A DNA stretch of 64,000 nucleotides from Tetramitus jugosus (lineage: Eukaryota > Protista > Heterolobosea). This document shows positions 1 to 12,231 of this stretch, piece by piece (the first letter of the stretch is position 1; the number at the start of each line of letters is the position of its first letter). The stretch is from contig OW569372.1 of assembly GCA_937625935.1 (NCBI GenBank), positions 124,001-188,000 on the forward strand. Reading direction: 5' to 3'. The notes under the pieces were generated by a model. That model ran no database searches, was not told the DNA's origin, and was given only the letters and a program-made list of their open reading frames with translations. A program made the position numbers and the translations under genes.

Positions 1-1
1 C

Positions 2-259
2 GAATACTTCCATCAGTTCATTACGAATCCTCGTTTGCAACAAGAGTACTTGCATGTCATGTGGCATCAGACTCTATTGTTGTTTGTTCAGTTGTACAAG
101 AAGGATTTTTCTTCTGCACAAAAGTCAAAGATTTACAATGTGTGCAAGAAGAGAAGTCACAACTTGATTACACCTGAGATTCGAAGAGAGTTGAACAGAT
201 CGGCCTCTGCATTCTCCTCCTCGTCATCTGCACAACAAGACACCATGACTGACGAATAA
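2..259 (+). CDS. BYSL: Bystin/Enp1, C-terminal end (5' part outside window)
   Basis: Frame 2 reads LHVMWHQTLLLFVQLYKKDF...HNLITPEIRREL, the conserved bystin C-terminus; stop at 257-259. Confidence 0.8.
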   Translation, partial: EYFHQFITNPRLQQEYLHVMWHQTLLLFVQLYKKDFSSAQKSKIYNVCKKRSHNLITPEIRRELNRSASAFSSSSSAQQDTMTDE

Positions 260-534
260 AAATATCCTTCAACTTGACATCTTCCAAGTGTTATTTTTAC
301 AGCCGTAAAGACAAATTTCCTTTCCGCGGAATTGACTGTCGAACAGTTGGCGATATCCATTCAGATTCCGTAAATTCCGGGCACAATCCAGATTCCGGAT
401 TATTGAGCCGTGTACTACTACAGATTGATTTATAACTGGGCTTGGTTCAAGCCAAGGTTCATCCAACAAACAACAAGAACAGAAACAACTCAACTAACAC
501 AAGAAACAACCTAAGCAACCTACTGACTGTAAAT

Positions 535-1029
535 ATGAGCCTATTGAGATTTGGTAGAGATTCCTTCTTTGACGACTTCTTCTCTGATGATTTCGTTGGA
601 ATGAACAGAAGAATTCGTAATCTAGAGAGATCATTGATGCCTAGAGAGTCATCACTTATGACTCCAGACGTATTTAGAGCTCCAAAGGTCGACTTCAAAG
701 ACAATGGTGACAAGTACACATTGGTAGCTGAGCTCCCCGGAACCAACAAGGACGATATTAAGATTGATTTGGATGAAGACAATCATACCTTGAAGCTCAG
801 TGGAGAGAAGAAGATGGAGAGAGAAGAGGAGAACCAGGAGACCAAGTATCACTATAGAGAGATGAGCTATGGCAGATTTGAGAGAACATTCAAACTACCA
901 TCTGATGTTCACTTGGAAGATATCAAGGCTTCAATGAACAATGGTTTGTTGAGCGTTGATATCCCAAAGGTCCCTACCAAGGAACAAGAAGTGAAGCCAA
1001 GAATCAGAAACATTGGAATCACTGAGTAA
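535..1029 (+). CDS. Small heat-shock protein (Hsp20/alpha-crystallin domain)
   Basis: ATG at 535; PKVDFKDNGDKYTLVAELPG...YGRFERTFKLP...IKASMNNGLLSVDIPK. Confidence 0.95.
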   Translation: MSLLRFGRDSFFDDFFSDDFVGMNRRIRNLERSLMPRESSLMTPDVFRAPKVDFKDNGDKYTLVAELPGTNKDDIKIDLDEDNHTLKLSGEKKMEREEENQETKYHYREMSYGRFERTFKLPSDVHLEDIKASMNNGLLSVDIPKVPTKEQEVKPRIRNIGITE

Positions 1030-1118
1030 AGTGTACCAACCACAACAATACACAAATGTAAATAAACAAAGGGTGTACGGGAAACTTTCAAAAAAATCAA
1101 AACTGTAACTTTACAACA

Positions 1119-1964
1119 CTACTTTACACAACATCCTCTCCTCGTAGATTGTGCATTTACCTGGTTGTATGGATATGATACAATTTTAATTGTACTAGGA
1201 CTACAGACACTGAATGAAGTATCACCTCCATCAGTCTGTTCTGTTGCCAAGTGTTCCACAATCTCATCGTAGTTCTCCTTGCTTTTCTGGGCAATAGTTT
1301 TCATGCATTCCTCAATGTTGACATTGTCTTTGGCACTGACTTTGAAAACACCACAGAAGCCATTTCTTCTGCAAAATTCCTCATCAGGAATCTCCACCTC
1401 ACACAAATCACACTTGTTTCCCACAAGCAAGGTGGGGATGGGTCTTCCAGTTACTGGAGTTAAAACTTTTGCGTCTATATCCTTCTTCCACTCGATGCAT
1501 TCCTGTAGAGAGTCTGACCGAGTAACATCGTACACCACGATTGCGGCCAGTGCTTCTCTATAGTACGCCCGGGTCAATGATTTGAAACGCTCTTGACCTG
1601 CAATATCCCACAATTGCAACCGGATGTTCAACTTGGAGTCATATGGTAGTGTTCGTGAAAGAAAATCAGCCCCTATCTAATGAAAATTGTTAGTAACTTA
1701 GATCTGATGCACAATCTTTGAAAAGGTACAGGTATATACTTACTGTTCCTTTATACATTGGACTAAAAATATTGGACGCATATCTTCTGATTATACTCGT
1801 CTTACCTGTGTGTAAAATTGTGAGTCAACATCAGTAGGCGAAACGATTAGGATCTATAGACTGTCAATAAATAAACAAACGTATGATAACTTACCAACAC
1901 AACTCTCGCCGACTACAATCACTTTAAAGTCAAGGGTTTTTGGACTGGTCTTCTGTCTTCTCAT
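1119..1964 (-). CDS. Rab GTPase, Rab32/38/29-like; 3 exons
   Basis: Spliced N-terminus MRRQKTSPKTLDFKVIVVGESCVG|KTSIIRRY...YKGT|IGADF; WDIAGQE (Rab32-group signature), NKCD, SAK, C-terminal CCVK prenylation motif; two GTAAGT...AG introns between ~1677 and 1894. Confidence 0.88.
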
Positions 1965-2224
1965 TTTGTCCTTGCAGATCGATTATCCTGATTGATGTTG
2001 TGAGATACAAGGGTTTGGTTGGATTGCTTTGCTTTGGAGCTAGCAAAGATGATAAGCACCTTTTATTGAATCATACCCTTGGGTGCTGAGAGAGCTGGAC
2101 GATTCAACAATCCAAAAGGGTTTCTCTGTGCTTGATCCAACAAAAAACACCTGGCAAACCAAAAGTTGCCAAAACCAAAACAGCGAACCAGTAAAAATAG
2201 GTGGCGAGTGACCGTAACAAGAAT

Positions 2225-3024
2225 ATGACCAAATACCATAAATTACACTGTGTGCTCCTGAGATCCTCTCTGAACAGATCACAAGTTTTTCCTGCAACTT
2301 TTCCTTCTCTTGCAACTGGTGGTCCAAGGACCCAAGATCTTTTCTTAGCAACCAAGAGTGTTGTCATCCACAATCATCAGTGTCGCTCTTTTTCGTCGGA
2401 TCAGCAAAAACAACAAACAACAACAAAAAGCAGCACAAGAATGGGCGATAAGCAAGGAGTTACACCAGCAGCAGTATGTACATGGATTGAATTCCTCTTA
2501 TTTATCAAAAAGCTTTCAACACAAATCACACTCATTGTACTGACGACACCCAAAAAACATCTCATCACAAATAACAACAGTTGGAAGTCGATCCACATGA
2601 CACATTGTTTGCCAAGATGATCCGTGGAGAGATCAAGCCAAACATTGTTCACGAGAATGAGCACGCTCTCGTTTTTACTGATGGTATGTGTGCTTTTATT
2701 CTTTGTTTCAAAAGTCAAAATTTTTTTCAATGATTTAGCTTTAGCTTACAACAATAACAAAAACCATTAGTCAACCCAAATGCACCAACACATTTGTTGA
2801 TCATTCCAAAGAAGCTTGCTCTTGGTCAAGTTCACAATGCCAAGGAGTCAGATGCCAATGAGCTTGGTCAATTGTTATTGACTGCAGGTGAAGTAGCAAA
2901 GAAGCTTGACTTGTTGGACGGATATCGATTGGTGATCAATCAAGGATTGGATGCTCAACAATCTGTAAACTACTTGCACATTCACTTGTTGAGCGGCAGA
3001 AAGTTCTCCTGGCCACCAGGTTAA
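2225..3024 (+). CDS. Histidine triad nucleotide-binding protein (HINT), probable mitochondrial presequence; 3 exons
   Basis: Introns 2474-2580 and 2684-2770 join DTLFAKMIRGEI...VNPNAPTHLLIIPK...HIHLLSGRKFSWPPG. ATG 2225 adds a basic, Ser-rich extension; a second in-frame ATG lies at 2441. Confidence 0.88.
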
Positions 3025-3223
3025 GAAACTGAACGTACGGCTTTCAGTCAGATCAAAATCTTCCCCCGTAAATTTATGATCGTCCTGTTATTTTTAGTAT
3101 CATTTAACCGGATAATTTTCTTCCAACATGAAAATTTCCATTCTGCTGCGGAGATGGACTTGCGCAAAGCAAACACAACAACCCTGAACTCCACAACCAC
3201 CACCGAACAACAACAAAAACAAG

Positions 3224-3893
3224 ATGCTGATGCAAAAACGCCAGTCCACAATAGACGACAGTGACAATGAAAGTGGTGACGAATATGAGAATGATGATTT
3301 TGGAAGTCATCATCAAACGACCACCACCACCACCACCACACCCATCATGAATAACACGGATCACAATAACAACAATCAGGTGCATCATAGTCATCATAGT
3401 AATAATATGTTGATTGATGTAGCATCAGATGACTATGATGAGTTAATCTCCAAATCCTTACAACTTTCTTCCTTTACAATCTCTTCTACTCCTTCATCAG
3501 TTGTACTTCCGACGACTTCTCAATACATACCACATCACCATCATCATCATCATCATCAACCGGTTGTCCCTCAATTTTCATATCATCATCATCATCATCA
3601 ACAAACAGAACAACAACTGCAACCTCAACATCAACAACATCAACAACAATATGGATATTATCCATCATCATTATCATTATCATCACAAGTGGATGAGTCA
3701 TATGGTGTAACCACAAACTATGCACCTTTTGCATCAACTCATCATGATACTACTATGACTACTCCGACCTATATTAACAACATTACTCCATCATCATCAT
3801 CATCATCATCATCATTATACACCAATATTTATAATCCCATTTTGAATCATCATCATCAACTTCATCATCATCATATTAGTAATAATGAACTAG

Positions 3894-3928
<35 letters not shown>

Positions 3929-4927
3929 GAAGATGACAATAAGCCATTTATTTATCCCAATTTATCTCAATTTGTCAATGAAGAGTACCACGTGCAACAA
4001 GATGTTCAATTTTATGAGATGATGGATCGTTCGATTCTGGTCCACGCGAATCCATCTGCACCTCTCGAATATCTCATTTCTGTGGATCATACTAATGAAA
4101 CAACAACGACAACAACAACGACAACGACAACTACCACTTCAACAACAACAACGACAGTCAAGGAAGAACAAGGTGAAGAAGGTGTTACGGCCACGATATA
4201 CATGACAACAGAGGAATTTTACAAGATGAAACAACAAGAGAAACAAGGTGAGGTGGCAGAGGTGAGATTACCGGCCTATTTGTATCATACTCTGCGGCCA
4301 GATGATACACTGATTGGAATTGCGATTGGTTATGGTATCACAGAGGAGCAATTGAAGATGACAAACAACATTTTAACAGAGTTGGAATATTTTGGGAAGC
4401 CACGATTGTTGATTCCTCATCCGAATCGAATACCGGATCAATCGCTCATCAAGGAAGACACTGAATCAAAAGCAAAGTTGGCAGAGGAGAAGAAGCAAGA
4501 GTGGGCAATCAAGTTTTTTGTGCGATTGAAGGGTGTTTCGTTGGAGGAAGCTCACTATTACTTGTCGTTGCACGAATTTGATTTGCGTGGGGCGGTAACA
4601 GAGTACGATGCCGATGTCAAGTGGCAGAGAGAGTATGAGACAAGGAAGAGGTTGAAAGCGGAACGAAAGCGGTTGGAGAAGGGAGACAAATGGTCCATGC
4701 TCGACACTGGTAAGAAATTGTTGAGCTTACTCAGGTTATGTGTGCCTATTGCACAAGAAAAGACAAGCAAGTTAATACATTATAGCACCACTAGGAAGGA
4801 CGATGATCCATATGGTGATTTGGAGCTGGATGAGATTGAGGAGAATGATGACGATGTTCTCGATGGAGGAGATGTTGAACAGTACGATTCTCATTATCCT
4901 GTCATGCACGCAGTAAACTCTCCCTAG
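3224..4927 (+). CDS. LysM-domain protein with UBA-like domain and long low-complexity N-terminus
   Basis: YHTLRPDDTLIGIAIGYGITEEQLKMTNNI...LLIP (LysM), then FFVRLKGVSLEEAHYYLSLHEFDLRGAV (UBA-like); poly-Q/H/T/S tracts. Confidence 0.75.
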
Positions 4928-5055
4928 TTCTTTGCAATGTTGTTGTCACATACAATTGTGTTTGTTATACAATGACCAATCTTGGCAGTTGTTTTATATA
5001 ATAGATATGATACACTGTGGTGTCTGTTTGGAGGGGAAAGAAATTAAGAAATGAC

Positions 5056-6613
5056 TTAGTTCTTTTTGCCCTTCTTCTTGGCCTGATGAATCATGTAGTC
5101 CTTATTGATCAAATGATTGGTCTTTTCCACCAATTGCAACAAGTCTTGAATATCGTGAGAGTAGTCATTCAAGACATCATTGTCTTCACCGGTGCTCTGC
5201 TTGAACTCTATAATTCCATCAATTCTGTCAATCTTGGCAGATATTGTCTTTGATGTGACCATCTCGGAAACAAAACTCTCAGCCTTTGCCTCATCAAGAT
5301 GCAGCAGAGTGGCCAATCGACGAATATGAATATTTGTATAGAACTTGGCAATGATTCTCAAGTTGTGCTCGACGACTCTGTTGTGCAAATCTTCAATTCT
5401 TTCCTTGTGTTGACTGAACACTGGGTGTTGAGTCAAATTTTGACCGTACACTTGTTGGAACTCTGGCCAGTTGATGATTTGTGTGCTCGTGAATTGCTTG
5501 AGCAGAGATTTGAACAGTGTCATCGACTTTTCTTCCATCTTCTTCTCACTGGCAATTCTGTGCATCAAATCGTGTTGATGATTGTCAAACTTGGCCAAGA
5601 TGACATACAGTACCATGTGTTGCAATTGTTCGGTCCACAGCTTTGCATCGTCTTGAACCTTTGGTGTGGTATAAATGGCCTGATGATCCTTGCACATCTC
5701 CAAATAATCCTTCTTGTAGGAATGATAGCGCAACAACAGAGTATAGTATCGAATCTTGAGATCCTGATGATCCTTGACCAACAAGGAACGTGTCGTAATC
5801 TTTCGACTGATAATGATTGCTCTCACATAATCGTTTGCATCGAGCGTCACTCTCATTTGTTCCAATATGAAATCAATCTTCTCCTGTGCGTCCATACTGC
5901 CCACAGTTTCAATTTGAACATCTTGCAACAATCGAGCAGCCTCTGCAATCTCATTGTCCTCCTCCTTCATGGCTGATAGAATCTTGACCAATCTGGCTCT
6001 TTCGACTTCGACGTAAATCTTGCCCTCGGAGACCTTCAACAGTGCATTGATCAACTCTGTTTTGGCTTCTCTGCTTGGTGTTTGATCAATGAGAGTCATG
6101 GCTGCTTGAACCATCTTTGTAATGGCTTGCTTGGACTGTGATCGCTTCTTTGCGATCAGTGTAATGTACTCGTTCAACTCGTTCCATGCCTTATACTGTC
6201 CACATAACTTTACAATCTCAACAACGACTTTGCCTGTTGATTCAAAATCTTCTCCCTACACAATAACAAGTAATAGTACGAACGAATGAAAAAAAAAGCG
6301 AATTAGTTGATCGATCCATCAAATCATTTTAGGAGAATTGAACAAGCATTAGGGTGATTTTCGAAAATGTGCGTACCAATCGACTCTTCTTCTCCCAGAC
6401 CATCAATCCTTCGAGAGCTTCCTTGAGCTTTGATGTTCCATGTTGTTGAAGCAAATCTTGTGCTTTTTGAGCTTCACGTTGCACATCTTCACTGTAATCG
6501 ACTTCCTTTTTCTTTTGTTTGATGGTAAAAGTGCCCTTTGTAGCATCGAGAGCATTCAATTCGTTTGATTCAGCATTGGTAGCTGTCTCGGTTTTGTTTT
6601 GATCTGCGGCCAT
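5056..6613 (-). CDS. PSMD12: 26S proteasome lid subunit Rpn5/PSMD12; intron 6256-6376
   Basis: KKRSQSKQAITKMVQ, VSEGKIYVEVERARL, QIETVGSM, RVVEHNLRIIAKFYTNI, AKIDRIDGII (PCI domain). Confidence 0.95.
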
Positions 6614-6834
6614 GTTTGACTGGTGTTCTTTTGATTTTTTTTCTCGTAAGTGAGAGCTTTGTGTTTTTGCAAGTCAGCAAAGTTGCTTTGTGATCACAAT
6701 TAAAAATAGACTTGCTTATTCCATGCTCTTTTACAAAAACCAGCAAGAAAACGAACTTCAATCATCGGAAAAACTAACACAAACATTTCATCAACACTAA
6801 CACAACAACCATTGAGACACCGTGATCTTAAATA

Positions 6835-7215
6835 ATGAAACAACAAGTGTTATCAGCCTATCGTCAACTTCTCAAGGCAAGAAGCTCCGTTTTCAAAGAA
6901 GACATCAACGCATACACCAAAAGCTTGGAAGAAATTCGATCTCAATTCCGTACGAACCAGTTCGTCAGAGATCAATCAGAGATTGAACGAATGGTTCAAG
7001 ATGCAAATGATGCTGCAGTGTTTCTTCGAACATGTATCATACAGGGTAGCAAGACACAAGAGGAGGAAGAGTATCGATTGCAGATGAATGATGAACAAGT
7101 GGTGGCTCACTTGGATAAGACTGTGAACATTAATCCTATTAATGAAGAGTTTGTGAAGAGAGAAGAAAAGAGACTGAACAGACAAATTGAAAACCAAAAA
7201 TCGAAGCAACAATAA
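6835..7215 (+). CDS. LYR-motif protein, complex III assembly factor LYRM7/Mzm1-like
   Basis: VLSAYRQLLKARSSVFKED...IRSQFR...AAVFLRTCIIQG. Confidence 0.75.
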   Translation: MKQQVLSAYRQLLKARSSVFKEDINAYTKSLEEIRSQFRTNQFVRDQSEIERMVQDANDAAVFLRTCIIQGSKTQEEEEYRLQMNDEQVVAHLDKTVNINPINEEFVKREEKRLNRQIENQKSKQQ

Positions 7216-7231
7216 ATGTGACGGAGTTTCT

Positions 7232-7262
7232 CTTGCCGCCAAAAATTTGTTTTTTTGGCGCC
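7232..7262. promoter_or_regulatory. Pair of inverted E2F-like sites upstream of gamma-tubulin
   Basis: CTTGCCGCCAAAAATT (7232-7247) and TTTTTTGGCGCC (7251-7262); the first matches the MZT1 upstream element at 15/16 positions. Confidence 0.5.
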
Positions 7263-7349
7263 TTTTTCAAGAGCAAATTCTGAGGAGAAGTTACTGCACA
7301 CAGAAATTTCAACACAGCACACATAGGAAACACAAACAACGCATACAGT

Positions 7350-8825
7350 ATGCCAAGAAATATTATTACTCTCCAGGCGGGCCAATGTGGTAACCAAGGT
7401 TCGTAGCTACCAACTTTTATCTGATTGCTTGATCAAGCAGAGTAATAATAAAAACTTAACACACAATTTTTCTCTCACACACAAACAGTTGGTTCAGAAT
7501 TCTGGAAACAACTTTGCACTGAACATGGTATTGACAATGAGGGCATGCTACAAGATTTTGCCACCCAAGATGCAGGTGACAGAAAAGATGTGTTTTTTTA
7601 TCAAGCAGACGATGAGCATTACATACCTAGGAATTTACTTATTGATCTGGAACCAAGAGTCATTAACAAGATCAAGACTGGTCCATACAGTAAGCTTTAC
7701 AATCATGAAAATTATTATGTGTCTGAGAAGGGAGGTGGTGCTGGAAACAATTGGGCCAGTGGTTATAGTCAGGCCGAAGCCAATCACGAGAAATTGATGG
7801 ACATGATCGATAGAGAAGCAGATAACAGTGACAGTCTCGAGGGATTTGTCCTGTTGCACAGTATTGCTGGTGGTACGGGCTCAGGTGTCGGTTCCTATCT
7901 GTTGGAGAAGCTCAATGATCGATTCCCGAAGAAACTGATACAGACGTACTCTGTTTTTCCACACACTGATACGAGCAGTGATGTTGTCGTTCAGCCCTAT
8001 AATTCCATCTTGACACTCAAGAGATTGACGTTGAATGCTGATGCAGTGGTTGTTTTGGACAATACGGCACTGAACAGGATTGCTGTGGATCGATTGGGCA
8101 TTGCAAATCCAAACATGGAGGAAACAAATGCTCTCGTGTCTACTGTGATTGCTGCCTCGACGACCACGCTGAGATATCCAGGTTATTTGAATAATGACCT
8201 TGTTGGTCTCGTAGCATCATTGGTTCCCACGCCCAGATGCCACTTTTTGATGACAGGATACACACCATTGTCGATAGAGAACTCGAGTCATTTGAGGGTG
8301 CAAAAGACGAGCGTCCTTGATGTGATGGGAAGATTGTTACAACCAAAGAACATTATGGTCTCTTGTCCAACGAAGAGAGGCTGCTACATTTCCATTTTGA
8401 ACATTATTCAGGGTGAAGTTGACCCCACATCAGTTCACAGAAGCTTGAATCTCATCCGGAAAAAGAATCTCATTAACTTTATTCCATGGGGGCCTGCTTC
8501 CATTCAAGTCGTTCTGAGCAAGAAGTCGCCCTATGTACAATCAGCCAACAGAGTCAGTGGTCTCATGCTTGCTAATCATTCCGGAATGGGTGTGCTATTG
8601 AATCAAGTCGTCAAGAATTATGATGTCATGTACAAGCGCCGAGCCTATCTCGACAATTTCCAAAAGGAATCAGCAATGTTTTCTGACAATGCAGAGTTTG
8701 ATGATTCAAGAGAAGTGTTGGCAAATCTGGTTGATGAATACAAGGCATGCACGAAGCCAGACTATATTGATTACTTTGGCTCTGCAACAACAACGTCAAC
8801 GACAACGACAACACAAATGTTATAA
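7350..8825 (+). CDS. TUBG: Gamma-tubulin; intron 7399-7488
   Basis: [16 protein letters not shown]|[69 protein letters not shown]. Confidence 0.97.
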
Positions 8826-8994
8826 AAATGAATTCGTACCGTAAATTGTTTGTTAACTAAATTATCGCAGAAGCAACTTAATTATCAAGTCAAGCAGAGC
8901 ACAACCCAGCCCTTGACGGCAATTTTGTTCCATACAACGAGTGTTGCCGCTTTATTCTATGTATCTTGATACAACTGTGTAATACTTATTGTAG

Positions 8995-11493
8995 TTATTT
9001 CTCTTTGAGCTCTAGGACTGTCCGAAAATGGGGTAAGTCGCTCAATCGACCACGGAGTTCAAGTAATGCTTTGTCATTTGGATTGTTTTGTAGGAGAACA
9101 TTAACAATATTTGCAGCAAATGCAATATTATCGTTCTCAAGAGCAATTCTCAAACTTTCCAACATTCTTTCATTCTCAAGGATTAATTGGGTAGCAGTAT
9201 CTCTCTCCGCAACTGGTTCGTAAACATTTACTATACCAACGCACACTGTGAGTATTCTTCATCAAAGTTCTGAATGATAATATCAAATATACTTACATGG
9301 TACAGACTTCCCTTTCACACACAGACAAGACAACCATCGACACACATAACAATCAAGCACTGCATCCCTCGTGTTCGGTCCTATGACAACCTTTGTTCCA
9401 TATCGAGAATTCAACGATACTACTCTACTCGCAACATTAACGGCATCACCTAGGGCAGTGTAGTTGAATTGGGTCTTGCTTCCGACATTGCCAACAAGAC
9501 ACTCATCAGAATTGATACCTATTCGAATAGAGACAGAGAGAAATTGTTCTGGTAGATTTTCAAAGTTCTTCTGGTTTAGTTCGTCAATTTTCTCAACCAG
9601 TTGCTGTGCAGTTCGTACAGCTCGAATTTCATGGTCATCCACAAGCATAGGGGCATTAAACAAGAACATGACGCTCTCTGAAATGTACTTGTCCACGATT
9701 CCACCTTGATCGGAAACTATTTGTGACAACTCTGTAAACATAGTCTGCAAAACCTTCACCAGTACTTTCGGGTCCACATTACAATTGTCAAATGTCAAGT
9801 CAGCGAAACCAATAGTCATTCTCCGTTTCACGACTCCAAGACGAACACTAGTGCTGTTCCTCACTAGAAATTTGACAACATCCGATGGAACGAATGAAAT
9901 GAAACATCTGAGTCCATTCTTCAAGTGAATCAGAGAGATTGACATCACAGATGTCTCAAAGAGTCCTAGTGTTCGAATCTTGCGATCATTTGCTTGAAAG
10001 TTCATCTGCGAAATGCTTAATACTTCCCGAGATAATTGATACAGAGGAACAGATATAAATCCACTGAGAAGTATTGCAATGATCGCTGCAGCCACCACCA
10101 AACAACACGTTACGATGACCGATGTTCTCGTTGCTGATAAAACTGAACTCAAAATGGTTTTCTCACTGAACACATTAATGATATTCCAATTAAGACCAAA
10201 CGAATCTCTTAATGCAAACATGGTGATGATCCTCTCTATGCCACCGGTATCAGTGAAACTGAGTTCAAGAAATGTATCATTGGGTAAAACAAAGGGAAGA
10301 GGAAACTTCTTCTCCAATAGAATCGCTGTTTCACGAACGACAACATCAGTACTGTCCTTGGCGTTGAGAATTAAGGGAGTATCAGGGCTCGGCAGATTTA
10401 TCGCTGATAAGTTCCCTCGATTCGATGCAATTAAGTTCAAGTTTTGATCGACAATGAAAATTCGTGATGTATCAAAACTAGGCAACGATTTCAAATAGTT
10501 GGACAATGAAACAAGATTAAGTGTAGCTCCTAGCACTCCAACCAACTCTCCCGTGGTAAATTGAAAAACGGGCGATGCTACCGATATTGCTAAAATATGA
10601 GGTATTGTCTGTGTGACGAGAATAGGACTCCATCGAGTGTCGTTTGATTGTTTCACAGGCACATACCAGGGCCTGAGTGTAGGATAGAAACCAAACAGGG
10701 TCAAAAATGGCCTCGGAGCCACATTCAGAGTATTACTCATCCAAAAATGATTCAATTTGCCATCTCCTAGAGATCTATGAAAAATAAATTTGTCAAGGGA
10801 TGTAGAGAAGGATGTCTGAGTCGTATCATTCGAAGGAATTTCCTTTGAGAGTCCAGTAAAGGCGTTATCCTCTGTGCCGAACCAAATTGCTGATGCGACG
10901 GAGAATTCAAGTTGACTCAACATGAAGGAGAGAATGGTAAACACACTCTTTGTAGTGAGAGGATGACTCGCATTGAGACCGACCCGATCTGCCCATTGCA
11001 CTTCAGATATGAGAGATTGAACGAGGCCTCTAGCACCTACGGTGTAAGTCTTCACTGAACCGTACACGCTCAATAACAAGAGTTGTCTGTCCTGTTGGGC
11101 CAAATTGTGAACTGAAGATGTCATCATAAAATGATTGAGCAAGTACAAGGAGATCGTCATGATGATTAAGCTCGCCAGGAGCAACAAAAGAAACACCACA
11201 CTAAAGCTCCAAGTGAGTCTCAACCCACGAGTGAAAATATTGCTCCTCTTTCTTGGTCGTTGTTGTTGTTGACTACTGGAACCGCGATGCGAAAACAACT
11301 TCCTTCTCTTTCTTCTAGATTCATCAGGCGACCAAGTTTGTGTTGGAAGTGCTATACTGTTTGTCGAAAGATGGACCATTGTTTGAATGATATTGAGATA
11401 GTGTTGAAAAATCAATAGCTCATTGAGAGTGACCTTGTCGACTGCTTCTGTTGTCGTTGGTGTGAAATTGATGAAATCTCTTGAAGAGGCCAA
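8995..11493 (-). CDS. Receptor-type class III adenylate/guanylate cyclase (TM-dCache-TM-cyclase); intron 9231-9296; start uncertain (first ATG 11379)
   Basis: Two TM helices flank a dCache-like region (RPWY, GVLGA); FVPSDVV; cyclase core FADL...DKYISE...IRIGINS...GNVGS...YTALGDAVNVASR...VKGK|LNVYEP. Confidence 0.85.
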
Positions 11494-12231
11494 ACATAGA
11501 AGGTATTGATATTAATATCATGTTCTTCTTCGCCGTTGTCCATCCAAAAACCGAATCTCGTTCGGAGCACATCGATCGCTCTTTCGTTTCGGAACTCGTG
11601 ATAACTGTTATAGGATCGCGCGAATTTTCGACTCTTACAACGTAGTTTGATTTTATCCGACATATCTTTTGGCACCTCCATGTAATTTCTAGATCAAGAG
11701 TATAGTGAATCCAACTTTGGTGACTGGCATTCCATCGGATGAGAAACTTGCTGTGAACTCACGCCTTTTGTTATTTTCTGTAAGACACATTATGTCAACT
11801 CAAGTTCAGTTGCTGAACAAATGCACTGGGCTTCACCTAGTGCTTCTTACAACACTGGACACCTTGTGACCTGTTCTCCAGTCGGTGATCACATGCTGCT
11901 GTACAGTGCACCAAAGTCCCTTACCAAACAAACTCTTCATCGTTCAGCAAGATTACTTTCATTAAATTATCATCATAACTTGATGAGAAGCATTCACCTC
12001 AGCAAGCAAGAGTTGACAACTTAATGGGCCAAAGCTTTTTTTAGGCGATGCGACACGATGCACTGTTGATCAGGTAGTGGAGTTGCAGGAATACCAACAA
12101 TGGGGTCTGTCTGGAACTGAAGGAAATCACGTCACTCCTTGATACAAAAGAGCACTCTATGTGGCGTTCAATTTATCTTTTACAACAAACAACACAAAGA
12201 GTTATCTCACATTGAACAACTACACTGAAGA

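Noticed and set aside
3300-4160. (CAA)n, (CAT)n and (ACA)n microsatellite-like runs, also near 24340-24610, 55790 and 63400-63650
   Set aside because: They encode ordinary poly-Q/H/S/T tracts in host proteins and are not arrays or CRISPR.
5299-5976. 225-aa antisense ORF over Rpn5, and many similar shadow ORFs in the track
   Set aside because: Reverse-frame by-products of codon bias in real genes.
8860-8955. AATTTTG Sm-site-like motif with a weak hairpin, vaguely snRNA-like
   Set aside because: No recognisable U1/U2/U4/U5 conserved elements; the region is the convergent 3' ends of two genes.
11412-12024. Short ORFs between the cyclase and PB1 genes
   Set aside because: No recognisable domain and no splice path I could support.
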